NCBI RefSeq assembly: GCF_009914755.1
Contig: NC_060925.1
Source: the human T2T-CHM13v2.0 reference genome, Homo sapiens
Length of the DNA stretch: 64,000 nucleotides
Reading direction: 5' to 3' (one strand)
The position numbers and the translations under genes were made by a program. Every line of letters begins with the position of its first letter. Position 1 is the stretch's first letter. Positions 1 to 12,251 of this stretch are shown one piece after another. A model generated the notes under the pieces. It had not been told where the DNA came from and ran no database searches. It saw only the letters and a list, made by a program, of their open reading frames with translations.

Positions 1-353
1 TTACATGAAAAAAACCCGTTTCCAACGAAGGCCTCTAAGTGGTCAAAATTTCCACGTGCAGACTTTACAAACAGAGTGTTTCCAAACCGCTGAATGAAAA
101 GAAAAGTTAAACTCTGAGAGTTGAACGCACACATCACGCAGCAGTTTCTGAGAATGATTCTGTCTAGTTTTTATACGAAGATATTTCCTTTTCTGCCTTT
201 GGCCCCAAAGCGCTTGAAATCTCCACTTGCAAATTCCACAAAAACAGTGTTTCAAATCTGCTCTCTCTAAACGAAAGTTCAACTCTGTCAGTTGAATACA
301 CACAACACAAGGAAGTTACTGAGAATTCTTCTGTCTAGCAAAATATGAAGAAA

Positions 354-370
354 TCCCGTTTCCAACGAAG
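354..370 (-). promoter_or_regulatory. CENP-B box (representative; about 189 box positions, one per 340-bp dimer, first at 14-30)
   Basis: Plus strand tcccgtttccaacgaag is the reverse complement of CTTCGTTGGAAACGGGA, the canonical 17-bp box with core TTCG....A..CGGG. Confidence 0.98.
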
Positions 371-1204
371 GCCTCAAAGGGGTCTGAATATCCACTTGCA
401 GACTTTATAAACAGAGTGTTTACTAACTGCTCTATGAAAAGAAAGGTTAAACTCTGTGAGTTGAACACACACATCACAAAGGAGTTTCTGAGAATCATTC
501 TGTCTAGTTTTTCTACGAAGATATTTCCTTTTCTACTATTGACCTCAAAGCGGCTGAAATCTCCACTTGCAAATTCCACAAAAAGAGTGTTTCAAGTCTG
601 CTCTGTGTAAAGGATCGTTCAACTCTGTGAGTTGAATACACACAACACAAGGAAGTTACTGAGAATTATTCTGTCTAGCAGAATATGAAGAAATCCCGTT
701 TCCAACGAAGGCCTCAAAGAGGTCTGAATATCCACTTGCAGACTTTACAAACAGAGTGTTTCCTAACTGCTCTATGAAAAGAAAGGTTAAACTCTGTGAG
801 TTGAACGCACACATCACAAAGGAGTTTCTGAGAATCGTTCTGTCTAGTTTCTATAGGAAGATATTTCCTATTCTACCATTGACCTCAAAGCGGCTGAAAT
901 CTCCACTTGCAAATTCCACAAAAAGAATGTTTCAAGTCTGCTCTGTGTAAACGATCGTTCAACTCTGTGAGTTGAATACACACAACACAAGGAAGTTACT
1001 GAGAATTCTTCTGTCTAGCATAATATGAAGAAATCCCGTTTCCAACGAAGGCCTCAAAGAGGTCTGAATATCCACTTGCAGACTTTACAAACAGAGTGTT
1101 TCCTAACTGCTCTATGAAAAGAAAAGTTAAACTCTTTGAGTTGAACGCACACATCACAAAGGAGTTTCTGAGAATCATTCTGTCTAGTCTTTATACGAAG
1201 ATAT

Positions 1205-1221
1205 TTCCTTTTCTACCATTG
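1205..1221 (+). promoter_or_regulatory. A-box / pJalpha-like site in the alternate monomer (representative)
   Basis: ttccttttctaccattg sits at the position homologous to the CENP-B box in the partner monomer and resembles the pJalpha motif of A-type monomers. Confidence 0.6.
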
Positions 1222-2720
1222 ACCTCAAAGCGGCTGAAATCTCCACTTGCAAATTCCACAAAAAGAGTGTTTCAAGTCTGCTCTGTGTAAAGGATCGTTC
1301 AACTCTGTGAGTTGAATACACACAACACAAGGAAGTTACTGAGAATTCTTCTGTCTAGCAGAATATGAAGAAATCCCGTTTCCAACGAAGGCCTCAAGGA
1401 GGTCTGAATATCCACTTGCAGACTTTACAAACAGAGTGTTTCCTAACTGCTCTATGAACAGAAAGGTTAAACTCTGTGAGTTGAACGCACACATCACAAA
1501 GGACTTTCTGAGAATCATTCTGTCTAGTCTTTATACGAAGATATTTACTTTTCTACCATTGACCTCAAAGCGGCTGAAATCTCCACTTGCAAATTCCACA
1601 AAAAGAGTGTTTCAAGTCTGCTCTGTGTAAAGGATCATTCAACTCTGTGAGTTGAATAAACACAACACAAGGAAGTTACTGAGAATTCTTCTGTCTAGCA
1701 GAATATGAAGAAATCCCGTTTCCAACGAAGGCCTCAACGAGGTCTGAATATCCACTTGCAGACTTTACAAACAGAGTGTTTCCTAACTGCTCTATGAACA
1801 GAAAGGTTAAACTCTGTGAGTTGAACGCACACATCAGAAAGGAGTTCATGAGAATCATTTTGTCTAGGTTCTATAAGAAGATATTTCCTATTCTACCATT
1901 GACCTCAAAGCGGCTGAAATCTCCACTTGCAAATTCGACAAAAAGAGTGTTTCAAGCCTGCTCTCTGTAAAGGATCCTTCAACTCTGTGAGTTGAATACA
2001 CACAACACAAGGAAGTTACTGAGAATTATTCTGTCTAGCATAATATGAAGAAATCCCGTTTCCAACGAAGGCCTCAAAGAGGTCTGAATATCCACTTGCA
2101 CACTTTACAAACAGAGTGTTTCCTAACTGCTCTATGAGAAGAAAAGTTAAACTCTGTGAGTTGAACGCACACATCACAAAAGATTTTCTGAGAATCATTC
2201 TGTCTAGTCTTTATATGAAGATAGTTTCCTTTTCTACCATTGACCTCAAAGCGGCTGAAATCTCCACTTGCAAATTCCACAAAAAGAGTGTTTCAAGTCT
2301 GCTCTGTGTAAAGGATCGTTCAACTCTGTGAGTTGAATACACACAACACAAGGAAGTTACTGAGAATTCTTCTGTCTAGCAGAATATGAAGAAATCCCGT
2401 ATCCAACGAAGGCCACAAGATGTCAGAATATCCACTTACAGACTTTACAAACAGAGTGTTTCCTAACTGCTCTATGAACAGAAAGGTTAAACTCTGTGAG
2501 TTGAACGAACACATCACAACGCAGTTTGTGGGAATGATTCTGTCTAGTTTTGAAACGAAGATATTTCCTTTTCTGCCGTTGACCTTAAAGCGCTTGAAAT
2601 CTACACTTGCAAATTGCACAAATAGAGTGTTTCAAATCTGCTCTGTCTAAGGGAACGTTCAACTCTGTGAGTTGAATGCACACAACACAAGGAAGTTACT
2701 GGGAATTCTTCTGTCTAGCC

Positions 2721-5440
2721 TTACATGAAAAAAACCCGTTTCCAACGAAGGCCTCTAAGTGGTCAAAATTTCCACGTGCAGACTTTACAAACAGAGTGTT
2801 TCCAAACCGCTGAATGAAAAGAAAAGTTAAACTCTGAGAGTTGAACGCACACATCACGCAGCAGTTTCTGAGAATGATTCTGTCTAGTTTTTATACGAAG
2901 ATATTTCCTTTTCTGCCTTTGGCCCCAAAGCGCTTGAAATCTCCACTTGCAAATTCCACAAAAACAGTGTTTCAAATCTGCTCTCTCTAAATGAAAGTTC
3001 AACTCTGTCAGTTGAATACACACAACACAAGGAAGTTACTGAGAATTCTTCTGTCTAGCATAATATGAAGAAATCCCGTTTCCAACGAAGGCCTCAAAGG
3101 GGTCTGAATATCCACTTGCAGACTTTATAAACAGAGTGTTTACTAACTGCTCTATGAAAAGAAAGGTTAAACTCTGTGAGTTGAACACACACATCACAAA
3201 GGAGTTTCTGAGAATCATTCTGTCTAGTTTTTCTACGAAGATATTTCCTTTTCTACTATTGACCTCAAAGCGGCTGAAATCTCCACTTGCAAATTCCACA
3301 AAAAGAGTGTTTCAAGTCTGCTCTGTGTAAAGGATCGTTCAACTCTGTGAGTTGAATACACACAACACAAGGAAGTTACTGAGAATTCTTCTGTCTAGCA
3401 GAATATGAAGAAATCCCGTTTCCAACGAAGGCCTCAAAGAGGTCTGAATATTCACTTGCAGACTTTACAAACAGAATGTTTCCTAACTGCTCTATGAAAA
3501 GAAAGGTTAAACTCTGTGAGTTGAACGCACACATCACAAAGGAGTTTCTGAGAATCGTTCTGTCTAGTTTCTATAGGAAGATGTTTCCTATTCTACCATT
3601 GACCTCAAAGCGGCTGAAATCTCCACTTGCAAATTCCACAAAAAGAATGTTTCAAGTCTGCTCTGTGTAAACGATCATTCAACTCTGTGAGTTGAATACA
3701 CACAACACAAGGAAGTTACTGAGAATTCTTCTGTCTAGCATAATATGTAGAAATCCCGTTTCCAACGAAGGCCTCAAATAGGTCTGAATATCCACTTGCA
3801 GACTTTACAAACAGAGTGTTTCCTAACTGCTCTATGAAAAGAAAAGTTAAACTCTGTGATTTGAACGCACACATCGCAAAGGAGTTTCTGAGAATCATTC
3901 TGTCTGGTCTTTATACGAAGATATTTCCTTTTCTACCATTGACCTCAAAGCGGCTGAAATCTCCACTTGCAAATTCCACAAAAAGAGTGTTTCAAGTCTG
4001 CTCTGTGTAAAGGATCGTTCAACTCTGTGAGTTGAATACACACAACACAAGGAAGTTACTGAGAATTCTTCTGTCTAGCAGAATATGAAGAAATCCCGTT
4101 TCCAACGAAGGCCTCAAGGAGGTCTGAATATCCACTTGCAGACTTTACAAACAGAGTGTTTCCTAACTGCTCTATGAACAGAAAGGTTAAACTCTGTGAG
4201 TTGAACGCACACATCACAAAGGACTTTCTGAGAATCATTCTGTCTAGTCTTTATACGAAGATATTTACTTTTCTACCATTGACCTCAAAGCGGCTGAAAT
4301 CTCCACTTGCAAATTCCACAAAAAGAGTGTTTCAAGTCTGCTCTGTGTAAAGGATCATTCAACTCTGTGAGTTGAATAAACACAACACAAGGAAGTTACT
4401 GAGAATTCTTCTGTCTAGCAGAATATGAAGAAATCCCGTTTCCAACGAAGGCCTCAAGGAGGTCTGAATATCCACTTGCAGACTTTACAAACAGAGTGTT
4501 TCCTAACTGCTCTATGAACAGAAAGGTTAAACTCTGTGAGTTGAACGCACACATCAGAAAGGAGTTCATGAGAATCATTTTGTCTAGGTTCTATAAGAAG
4601 ATATTTCCTATTCTACCATTGACCTCAAAGCGGCTGAAATCTCCACTTGCAAATTCGACAAAAAGAGTGTTTCAAGCCTGCTCTCTGTAAAGGATCCTTC
4701 AACTCTGTGAGTTGAATACACACAACACAAGGAAGTTACTGAGAATTATTCTGTCTAGCATAATATGAAGAAATCCCGTTTCCAACGAAGGCCTCAAAGA
4801 GGTCTGAATATCCACTTGCACACTTTACAAACAGAGTGTTTCCTAACTGCTCTATGAGAAGAAAAGTTAAACTCTGTGAGTTGAACGCACACATCACAAA
4901 AGATTTTCTGAGAATCATTCTGTCTAGTCTTTATATGAAGATAGTTTCCTTTTCTACCATTGACCTCAAAGCGGCTGAAATCTCCACTTGCAAATTCCAC
5001 AAAAAGAGTGTTTCAAGTCTGCTCTGTGTAAAGGATCGTTCAACTCTGTGAGTTGAATACACACAACACAAGGAAGTTACTGAGAATTCTTCTGTCTAGC
5101 AGAATATGAAGAAATCCCGTTTCCAACGAAGGCCACAAGATGTCAGAATATCCACTTACAGACTTTACAAACAGAGTGTTTCCTAACTGCTCTATGAACA
5201 GAAAGGTTAAACTCTGTGAGTTGAACGAACACATCACAACGCAGTTTGTGGGAATGATTCTGTCTAGTTTTGAAACGAAGATATTTCCTTTTCTGCCGTT
5301 GACCTTAAAGCGCTTGAAATCTACACTTGCAAATTGCACAAATAGAGTGTTTCAAATCTGCTCTGTCTAAGGGAACGTTCAACTCTGTGAGTTGAATGCA
5401 CACAACACAAGGAAGTTACTGGGAATTCTTCTGTCTAGCC
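2721..5440 (-). repeat. HOR unit 2, 16-mer ABCDEFGH
   Basis: Anchor spacing 2720 bp; same dimer order as unit 1. Confidence 0.93.
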
Positions 5441-8400
5441 TTACATGAAAAAAACCCGTTTCCAACGAAGGCCTCTAAGTGGTCAAAATTTCCACGTGCA
5501 GACTTTACAAACAGAGTGTTTCCAAACCGCTGAATGAAAAGAAAAGTTAAACTCTGAGAGTTGAACGCACACATCACGCAGCAGTTTCTGAGAATGATTC
5601 TGTCTAGTTTTTATACGAAGATATTTCCTTTTCTGCCTTTGGCCCCAAAGCGCTTGAAATCTCCACTTGCAAATTCCACAAAAACAGTGTTTCAAATCTG
5701 CTCTCTCTAAATGAAAGTTCAACTCTGTCAGTTGAATACACACAACACAAGGAAGTTACTGAGAATTCTTCTGTCTAGCATAATATGAAGAAATCCCGTT
5801 TCCAACGAAGGCCTCAAAGGGGTCTGAATATCCACTTGCAGACTTTATAAACAGAGTGTTTACTAACTGCTCTATGAAAAGAAAGGTTAAACTCTGTGAG
5901 TTGAACACACACATCACAAAGGAGTTTCTGAGAATCATTCTGTCTAGTTTTTCTACGAAGATATTTCCTTTTCTACTATTGACCTCAAAGCGGCTGAAAT
6001 CTCCACTTGCAAATTCCACAAAAAGAGTGTTTCAAGTCTGCTCTGTGTAAAGGATCGTTCAACTCTGTGAGTTGAATACACACAACACAAGGAAGTTACT
6101 GAGAATTCTTCTGTCTAGCAGAATATGAAGAAATCCCGTTTCCAACGAAGGCCTCAAAGAGGTCTGAATATTCACTTGCAGACTTTACAAACAGAGTGTT
6201 TCCTAACTGCTCTATGAAAAGAAAGGTTAAACTCTGTGAGTTGAACGCACACATCACAAAGGAGTTTCTGAGAATCGTTCTGTCTAGTTTCTATAGGAAG
6301 ATGTTTCCTATTCTACCATTGACCTCAAAGCGGCTGAAATCTCCACTTGCAAATTCCACAAAAAGAATGTTTCAAGTCTGCTCTGTGTAAACGATCATTC
6401 AACTCTGTGAGTTGAATACACACAACACAAGGAAGTTACTGAGAATTCTTCTGTCTAGCATAATATGTAGAAATCCCGTTTCCAACGAAGGCCTCAAATA
6501 GGTCTGAATATCCACTTGCAGACTTTACAAAGAGAGTGTTTCCTAACTGCTCTATGAAAAGAAAAGTTAAACTCTGTGATTTGAACGCACACATCACAAA
6601 GGAGTTTCTGAGAATCATTCTGTCTGGTCTTTATACGAAGATATTTCCTTTTCTACCATTGACCTCAAAGCGGCTGAAATCTCCACTTGCAAATTCCACA
6701 AAAAGAGTGTTTCAAGTCTGCTCTGTGTAAAGGTTCGTTCAACTCTGTGAGTTGAATACACACAACACAAGGAAGTTACTGAGAATTCTTCTGTCTAGCA
6801 GAATATGAAGAAATCCCGTTTCCAACGAAGGCCTCAAGGAGGTCTGAATATCCACTTGCAGACTTTACAAACAGAGTGTTTCCTAACTGCTCTATGAACA
6901 CAAAGGTTAAACTCTGTGAGTTGAACGCACACATCACAAAGGAGTTTATGAGAATCATTCTGTCTAGTTTCTATAAGAAGATATTTCCTATTCTACCATT
7001 GACCTCAAAGCGGCTGAAATCTCCACTTGCAAATTCGACAAAAAGAGTGTTTCAAGCCTGCTCTTTGTAAAGGATCCTTCAACTCTGTGAGTTGAATACA
7101 CACAACACAAGGAAGTTACTGAGAATTCTTCTGTCTAGCATAATATGAAGAAATCCCGTTTCCAACGAAGGCCTCAAAGGGGTCTGAATATCCACTTGCA
7201 GACTTTATAAACAGAGTGTTTACTAACTGCTCTATGAAAAGAAAGCTTAAACTCTGTGAGTTGAACACACACATCACAAAGGAGTTTCTGAGAATCATTC
7301 TGTCTAGTTTTTCTACGAAGATATTTCCTTTTCTACTATTGACCTCAAAGCGGCTGAAATCTCCACTTGCAAATTCCACAAAAAGAGTGTTTCAAGTCTG
7401 CTCTGTGTAAAGGATCGTTCAACTCTGTGAGTTGAATACACACAACACAAGGAAGTTACTGAGAATTCTTCTGTCTAGCAGAATATAAAGAAATCCCGTT
7501 TCCAACGAAGGCCTCAAAGAGGTCTGAATATCCACTTGCAGACTTTACAAACAGAGTGTTTCCTAATGGCTCTATGAAAAGAAAAGTTAAACTCTGTGAG
7601 TTGAACGCACACATCACAAAGGAGTTTCTGAGAATCTTTCTGTCTAGTTTCTATAGGAAGATATTTCCTATTCTACCATTGACCTCAAAGCGGCTGAAAT
7701 CTCCAGTTGCAAATTCCACAAAAAGAATGTTTCAAGTCTGCTCTGTGTAAAGGATCGTTCAACTCTGTGAGTTGAATACACACAACACAAGGAAGTTACT
7801 GAGAATTATTCTGTCTAGCATAATATGAAGAAATCCCGTTTCCAACGAAGGCCTCAAAGAGGTCTGAATATCCACTTGCAGACTTTACAAACAGAGTGTT
7901 TCCTAACTGCTCTATGAAAAGAAAAGTTAAACTCTGTGAGTTGAACGCACACATCACAAAGGAGTTTATGAGAATCATTCTGTCTAGTCTTTATACGAAG
8001 ATATTTCCTTTTCTACCATTGACCTCAAAGCGGCTGAAATCTCCACTTGCAAATTCCACAAAAAGAGTGTTTCAAGTCTGCTCTGTGTAAAGGATCGTTC
8101 AACTCTGTGAGTTGAATACACACAACACAAGGAAGTTACTGAGAATTCTTCTGTCTAGCAGAATATGAAGAAATCCCGTTTCCAACGAAGGCCTCAAGGA
8201 GGTCTGAATATCCACTTGCAGACTTTACAAACAGAGTGTTTCCTAACTGCTCTATGAACAGAAAGGTAAAACTCTGTGAGTTTAACGCACACATCACAAA
8301 GGAGTTTCTGAGAATCATTCTGTCTAGTCTTTATACGAAGATATTTACTTTTCTACCATTGACCTCAAAGCGGCTGAAATCTCCACTTGCAAATTCCACA

Positions 8401-9521
8401 AAAAGAGTGTTTCAAGTCTGCTCTGTGTAAAGGATCATTCAACTCTGTGAGTTGAATAAACACAACACAAGGAAGTTACTGAGAATTCTTCTGTCTAGCA
8501 GAATATGAAGAAATCCCGTTTCCAACGAAGGCCTCAAGGAGGTCTGAATATCCTCTTGCAGACTTTACAAACAGAGTGTTTCCTAACTGCTCTATGAAAA
8601 GAAAGGTTAAACTCTGTGAGTTGAACGCACACATCACAAAGGAGTTTATGAGAATCATTCTGTCTAGTTTCTATAAGAAGATATTTCCTATTCTACCATT
8701 GACCTCAAAGCGGCTGAAATCTCCACTTGCAAATTCGACAAAAAGAGTGTTTCAAGCCTGCTCTCTGTAAAGGATCCTTCAACTCTGTGAGTTGAATACA
8801 CACAACACAAGGAAGTTACTGAGAATTATTCTGTCTAGCATAATATGAAGAAATCCCGTTTCCAACGAAGGCCTCAAAGAGGTCTGAATATCCACTTGCA
8901 GAGTTTACAAACAGAGTGTTTCCTAACTGCTCTATGAGAAGAAAAGTTAAACTCTGTGAGTTGAAGGCACACATCACAAAAGATTTTCTGAGAATCATTC
9001 TGTCTAGTCTTTATATGAAGATAGTTTCCTTTTCTACCATTGACCTCAAAGCGGCTGAAATCTCCACTTGCAAATTCCACAAAAAGAGTGTTTCAAGTCT
9101 GCTCTGTGTAAAGGATAGTTTAACTCTGTGAGTTGAATACACACAACACAAGGAAGTTACTGAGAATTCTTCTGTCTACCAGAATATGAAGAAATCCCGT
9201 TTCCAACGAAGGCCTCAAGGAGGTCTGAATATCCACTTGCAGACTTTACAAACAGAGTGTTTCCTAACTGCTCTATGAACAGAAGGGTTAAACTCTGTGA
9301 GTTGAACGAACACATCACAACGCAGTTTGTGGAAATGATTCTGTCTAGTTTTGAAACGAAGATATTTCCTTTTCTGCCGTTGACCTTAAAGCGCTTGAAA
9401 TCTACACTTGCAAATTGCACAAATAGAGTGTTTCAAATCTGCTCTGTCTAAGGGAACGTTCAACTCTGTGAGTTGAATGCACACAACACAAGGAAGTTAC
9501 TGGGAATTCTTCTGTCTAGCC
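5441..9521 (-). repeat. HOR unit 3, 24-mer ABCDF-BCDEFG(E/H)
   Basis: Spacing 4081 bp; a second B dimer starts at ~7141; the last dimer has an E-type start and an H-type body. Confidence 0.9.
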
Positions 9522-12251
9522 TTACATGAAAAAAAAACCGTTTCCAACGAAGGCCTCTAAGTGGTCAAAATATCCACGTGCAGACTTTACAAACAAACAG
9601 AGTGTTTCCAAACCGCTGAATGAAAAGAAAAGTTAAACTCTGAGAGTTGAACGCACACATCACGCAGCAGTTTCTGAGAATGATTCTGTCTAGTTTTTAT
9701 ACGAAGATATTTCCTTTTCTGCCCTTGGCCCCAAAGCGCTTGAAATCTCCACTTGCAAATTCCACAAAAACAGTGTTTCAAATCTGCTCTCTCTAAATGA
9801 AAGTTCAACTCTGTCAGTTGAATACACACAACACAAGGAAGTTAATGAGAATTCTTCTGTCTAGCATAATATGAAGAAATCCCGTTTCCAACGAAGGCCT
9901 CAAAGGGGTTTGAATATCCACTTGCAGACTTTATAAACAGAGTGTTTACTAACTGCTCTATGAAAAGAAAGGTTAAACTCTGTGAGTTGAACACACACAT
10001 CACAAAGGAGTTTCTGAGAATCATTCTGTCTAGTTTTTCTACGAAGATATTTCCTTTTCTACTATTGACCTCAACGCGGCTGAAATCTCCACTTGCAAAT
10101 TCCACAAAAAGAGTGTTTCAAGTCTGCTCTGTGTAAAGGATCGTTCAACTCTGTGAGTTGAATACACACAACACAAGGAAGTTACTGAGAATTCTTCTGT
10201 CTAGCAGAATAGGAAGAAATCCCGTTTCCAACGAAGGCCTCAAAGAGGTCTGAATATCCACTTGCAGACTTTACAAACAGAGTGTTTCCTAACGGCTCTA
10301 TGAAAAGAAAAGTTAAACTCTGTGAGTTGAACGCACATCACAAAGGAGTTTCTGAGAATCTTTCTGTCTAGTTTCTATAGGAAGATATTTCCTATTCTAC
10401 CATTGACCTCAAAGCGGCTGAAATCTCCAGTTGCAAATTCCACAAAAAGAATGTTTCAAGTCTGCTCTGTGTAAAGGATCGTTCAACTCTGTGAGTTGAA
10501 TACACACAACACAAGGAAGTTACTGAGAATTCTTCTGTCTAGCATAATATGAAGAAATCCCGTTTCCAACGAAGGCCTCAAAGAGGTCTGAATATCCACT
10601 TGCAGACTTTACAAACAGAGTGTTTCCTAACTGCTCTATGAAAAGAAAAGTTAAACTCTGTGAGTTGAACGCACACATCACAAAGGAGTTTATGAGAATC
10701 ATTCTGTCTAGTCTTTATACGAAGATATTTCCTTTTCTACCATTGACCTCAAAGCGGCTGAAATCTCCACTTGCAAATTCCACAAAAAGAGTGTTTCAAG
10801 TCTGCTCTGTGTAAAGGATCGTTCAACTCTGTGAGTTGAATACACACAACACAAGGAAGTTACTGAGAATTCTTCTGTCTAGCAGAATATGAAGAAATCC
10901 CGTTTCCAACGAAGGCCTCAAGGAGGTCTGAATATCCACTTGCAGACTTTACAAACAGAGTGTTTCCTAACTGCTCTATGAACAGAAAGGTAAAACTCTG
11001 TGAGTTTAACGCACACATCACAAAGGAGTTTCTGAGAATCATTCTGTCTAGTCTTTATACGAAGATATTTACTTTTCTACCATTGACCTCAAAGCGGCTG
11101 AAATCTCCACTTGCAAATTCCACAAAAAGAGTGTTTAGTGTTTCAAGTCTGCTCTGTGTAAAGGATCATTCAACTCTGTGAGTTGAATAAACACAACACA
11201 AGGAAGTTACTGAGAATTCTTCTGTCTAGCAGAATATGAAGAAATCCCGTTTCCAACGAAGGCCTCAAGGAGGTCTGAATATCCACTTGCAGACTTTACA
11301 AACAGAGTGTTTCCTAACTGCTCTATGAACAGAAAGGTAAAACTCTGTGAGTTTAACGCACACATCACAAAGGAGTTTCTGAGAATCATTCTGTCTAGTC
11401 TTTATACGAAGATATTTACTTTTCTACCATTGACCTCAAAGCGGCTGAAATCTCCACTTGCAATTTCGACAAAAAGAGTGTTTCAAGCCTGCTCTCTGTA
11501 AAGGATCCTTCAACTCTGTGAGTTGAATACACACAACACAAGGAAGTTACTGAGAATTATTCTGTCTAGCATAATATGAAGAAATCCCGTTTCCAACGAA
11601 GGCCTCAAAGAGGTCTGAATATCCACTTGCAGACTTTACAAACAGAGTGTTTCCTAACTGCTCTATGAGAAGAAAAGTTAAACTCTGTGAGTTGAACGCA
11701 CACATCACAAAAGATTTTCTGAGAATCATTCTGTCTAGTCTTTATGTGAAGATAGTTTCCTTTTCTACCATTGACCTCAAAGCGGCTGAAATCTCCACTT
11801 GCAAATTCCACAAAAAGAGTGTTTCAAGTCTGCTCTGTGTAAAGGATCGTTCAACTCTGTGAGTTGAATACACACAACACAAGGAAGTTACTGAGAATTC
11901 TTCTGTCTAGCAGAATATGAAGAAATCCCGTTTCCAACGAAGGCCACAAGATGTCTGAATATCCACTTACAGACTTTACAAACAGAGTGTTTCCTAACTG
12001 CTCTATGAACAGAAAGGTTAAACTCTGTGAGTTGAACGAACACATCACAACGCAGTTTGTGGGAATGATTCTGTCTAGTTTTGAAACGAAGATATTTCCT
12101 TTTCTGCCGTTGACCTTAAAGCGCTTGAAATCTACACTTGCAAATTGCACAAATAGAGCGTTTCAAATCTGCTCTGTCTAAGGGAACGTTCAACTCTGTG
12201 AGTTGAATGCACACAACACAAGGAAGTTACTGGGAATTCTTCTGTCTAGCC
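9522..12251 (-). repeat. HOR unit 4, 16-mer ABCDE(E/F)GH with four indels
   Basis: 2730 bp = 2720 +1 +4 -2 +7. Confidence 0.9.

Larger units (their letters stand above)
1..2720 (-). repeat. HOR unit 1, reference 16-mer ABCDEFGH
   Basis: Diagnostics: A ctctaagtggtc/ggcccc; B aaaggggtc/tttataa; C gaatcgttc/ctatagg; D gtctttatacg+tttcctt; E atgaacag/tttactt; F ctataag/ttcgac/ggatcc; G atgagaag/gatagttt; H ccacaagatg/gtttgtggg. Confidence 0.93.

Noticed and set aside
618-636. Dyad as a terminator or ncRNA gene
   Set aside because: It is an AT-rich short stem with no U-tract and no gene context. Alpha satellite can be transcribed, but no transcript unit can be defined from sequence alone.
2395-2411. 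Variant CENP-B boxes at 2401, 15671, ~35729, ~40829 and ~55101 as loss of function
   Set aside because: These changes fall outside the nine essential positions (TTCG....A..CGGG).
1-2720. Assignment to D7Z2 (2.7-kb 16-mer) or D17Z1 (16-mer) by length, or D16Z2 for the 1.7-kb 10-mers
   Set aside because: D17Z1 is pentameric SF3 and D7Z2 is not a box-dense SF1 dimer array. The 10-mers here vary in composition and are built from near-identical dimers, unlike a fixed 10-monomer HOR. Length alone is not diagnostic.
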